45,228 nt of DNA from an uncultured bacterium (lineage in GTDB: Bacteria; Omnitrophota; Omnitrophia; Omnitrophales; Aquincolibacteriaceae). The stretch lies in the NCBI GenBank assembly GCA_964349955.1, contig CAYGIT010000001.1, positions 1 through 45,228 on the forward strand, written 5' to 3'. Positions within the stretch are counted from its first letter, which is position 1, and the number at the start of each line of letters is the position of its first letter. Shown here piece by piece: positions 45,082 to 45,228 of this stretch. Both the position numbers and the translations under genes were made by a program. The notes under the pieces are model-generated. The model saw only the letters and a list, made by a program, of their open reading frames with translations, made no database searches and had not been told where the DNA came from.

Positions 45082-45228
45082 CTCGAGGTTCGTGCAGCAG
45101 AATTTTCCGGACGGCTCGGTCGTGCTCGTGCTGGCAAGGCCAAAAGCTTCCCCTGCGGTACCGGGAGTTCGTCCGCTCCAGCGGCGAACGACTCCCTGCT
45201 AACTCACCGTCCGGACCCGCCACAAAAC
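45082..45228. repeat. Mosaic palindromic repeat, copy 4 (inverted, truncated by the window end)
   Basis: tcgtgcagcagaattttccggac (45090-45112) is identical to 20480-20502. The reverse complement of 45118-45228 matches 20757-20867 at about 103/111 positions. The window ends inside the apical loop of hairpin B1. Confidence 0.85.

Noticed and set aside
20480-45112. The repeated 23-nt motif considered as a CRISPR array or other regularly spaced repeat
   Set aside because: There are only four copies in mixed orientation, with spacings of about 135 bp, 14 kb and 10 kb. There are no uniform spacers and no cas genes in the window.

Overview
This 45.2-kb bacterial window holds about 50 tightly packed genes. 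All but one are on the minus strand, and many are joined by ATGA/GTGA start-stop overlaps. I cannot assign a taxon and no homology search was possible; all calls come from reading the translations and the DNA.

**Left half (1-23.6 kb), conserved housekeeping:**
- smc (5' fragment)
- the classic yceD-rpmF-plsX-fabH-fabD-fabG-acpP-fabF block
- coaD, rsmD, recG
- secG-tpiA-pgk, separated from gap by rlmH plus a histidine kinase, a CheY-like regulator and a REC-GGDEF-EAL protein
- a GT4 gene, fmt-def, priA and a family-4 UDG

**Right half (23.6-45.1 kb), one long envelope-glycan cluster:**
- early steps: a GT28 MGDG-synthase-like gene, gmhB, a DegT aminotransferase and a polyprenyl-phosphate sugar transferase
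- transferases: several GT2/GT4 genes and a GT9 heptosyltransferase
- modification and precursor genes: a carbamoyltransferase-SxtJ-DUF5989 triad and wecB
- membrane enzymes: two Wzy/O-antigen-ligase-like proteins, a DUF2079-like protein and a PMT/ArnT-like GT-C protein

**Most unusual signal (non-coding):** a family of GC-rich, nested palindromic mosaic repeats.
- It fills the 490-bp priA-def spacer.
- It recurs at 34.7 kb and at the right window edge.
- Those two copies, in inverted orientation, bracket a 10.3-kb nine-gene glycan block. Their shared 23-nt terminal motif lies within 19-27 nt of the block's last stop codon and first start codon.
- Smaller REP-like hairpins sit at gene junctions in the glycan operon and are read through as protein termini.

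**Other observations:** several genes (smc, pgk, def, the single plus-strand GT2) have a -10-like hexamer 6-9 nt upstream of the start codon and no Shine-Dalgarno sequence. rlmH lacks a canonical start codon for its conserved N-terminus.
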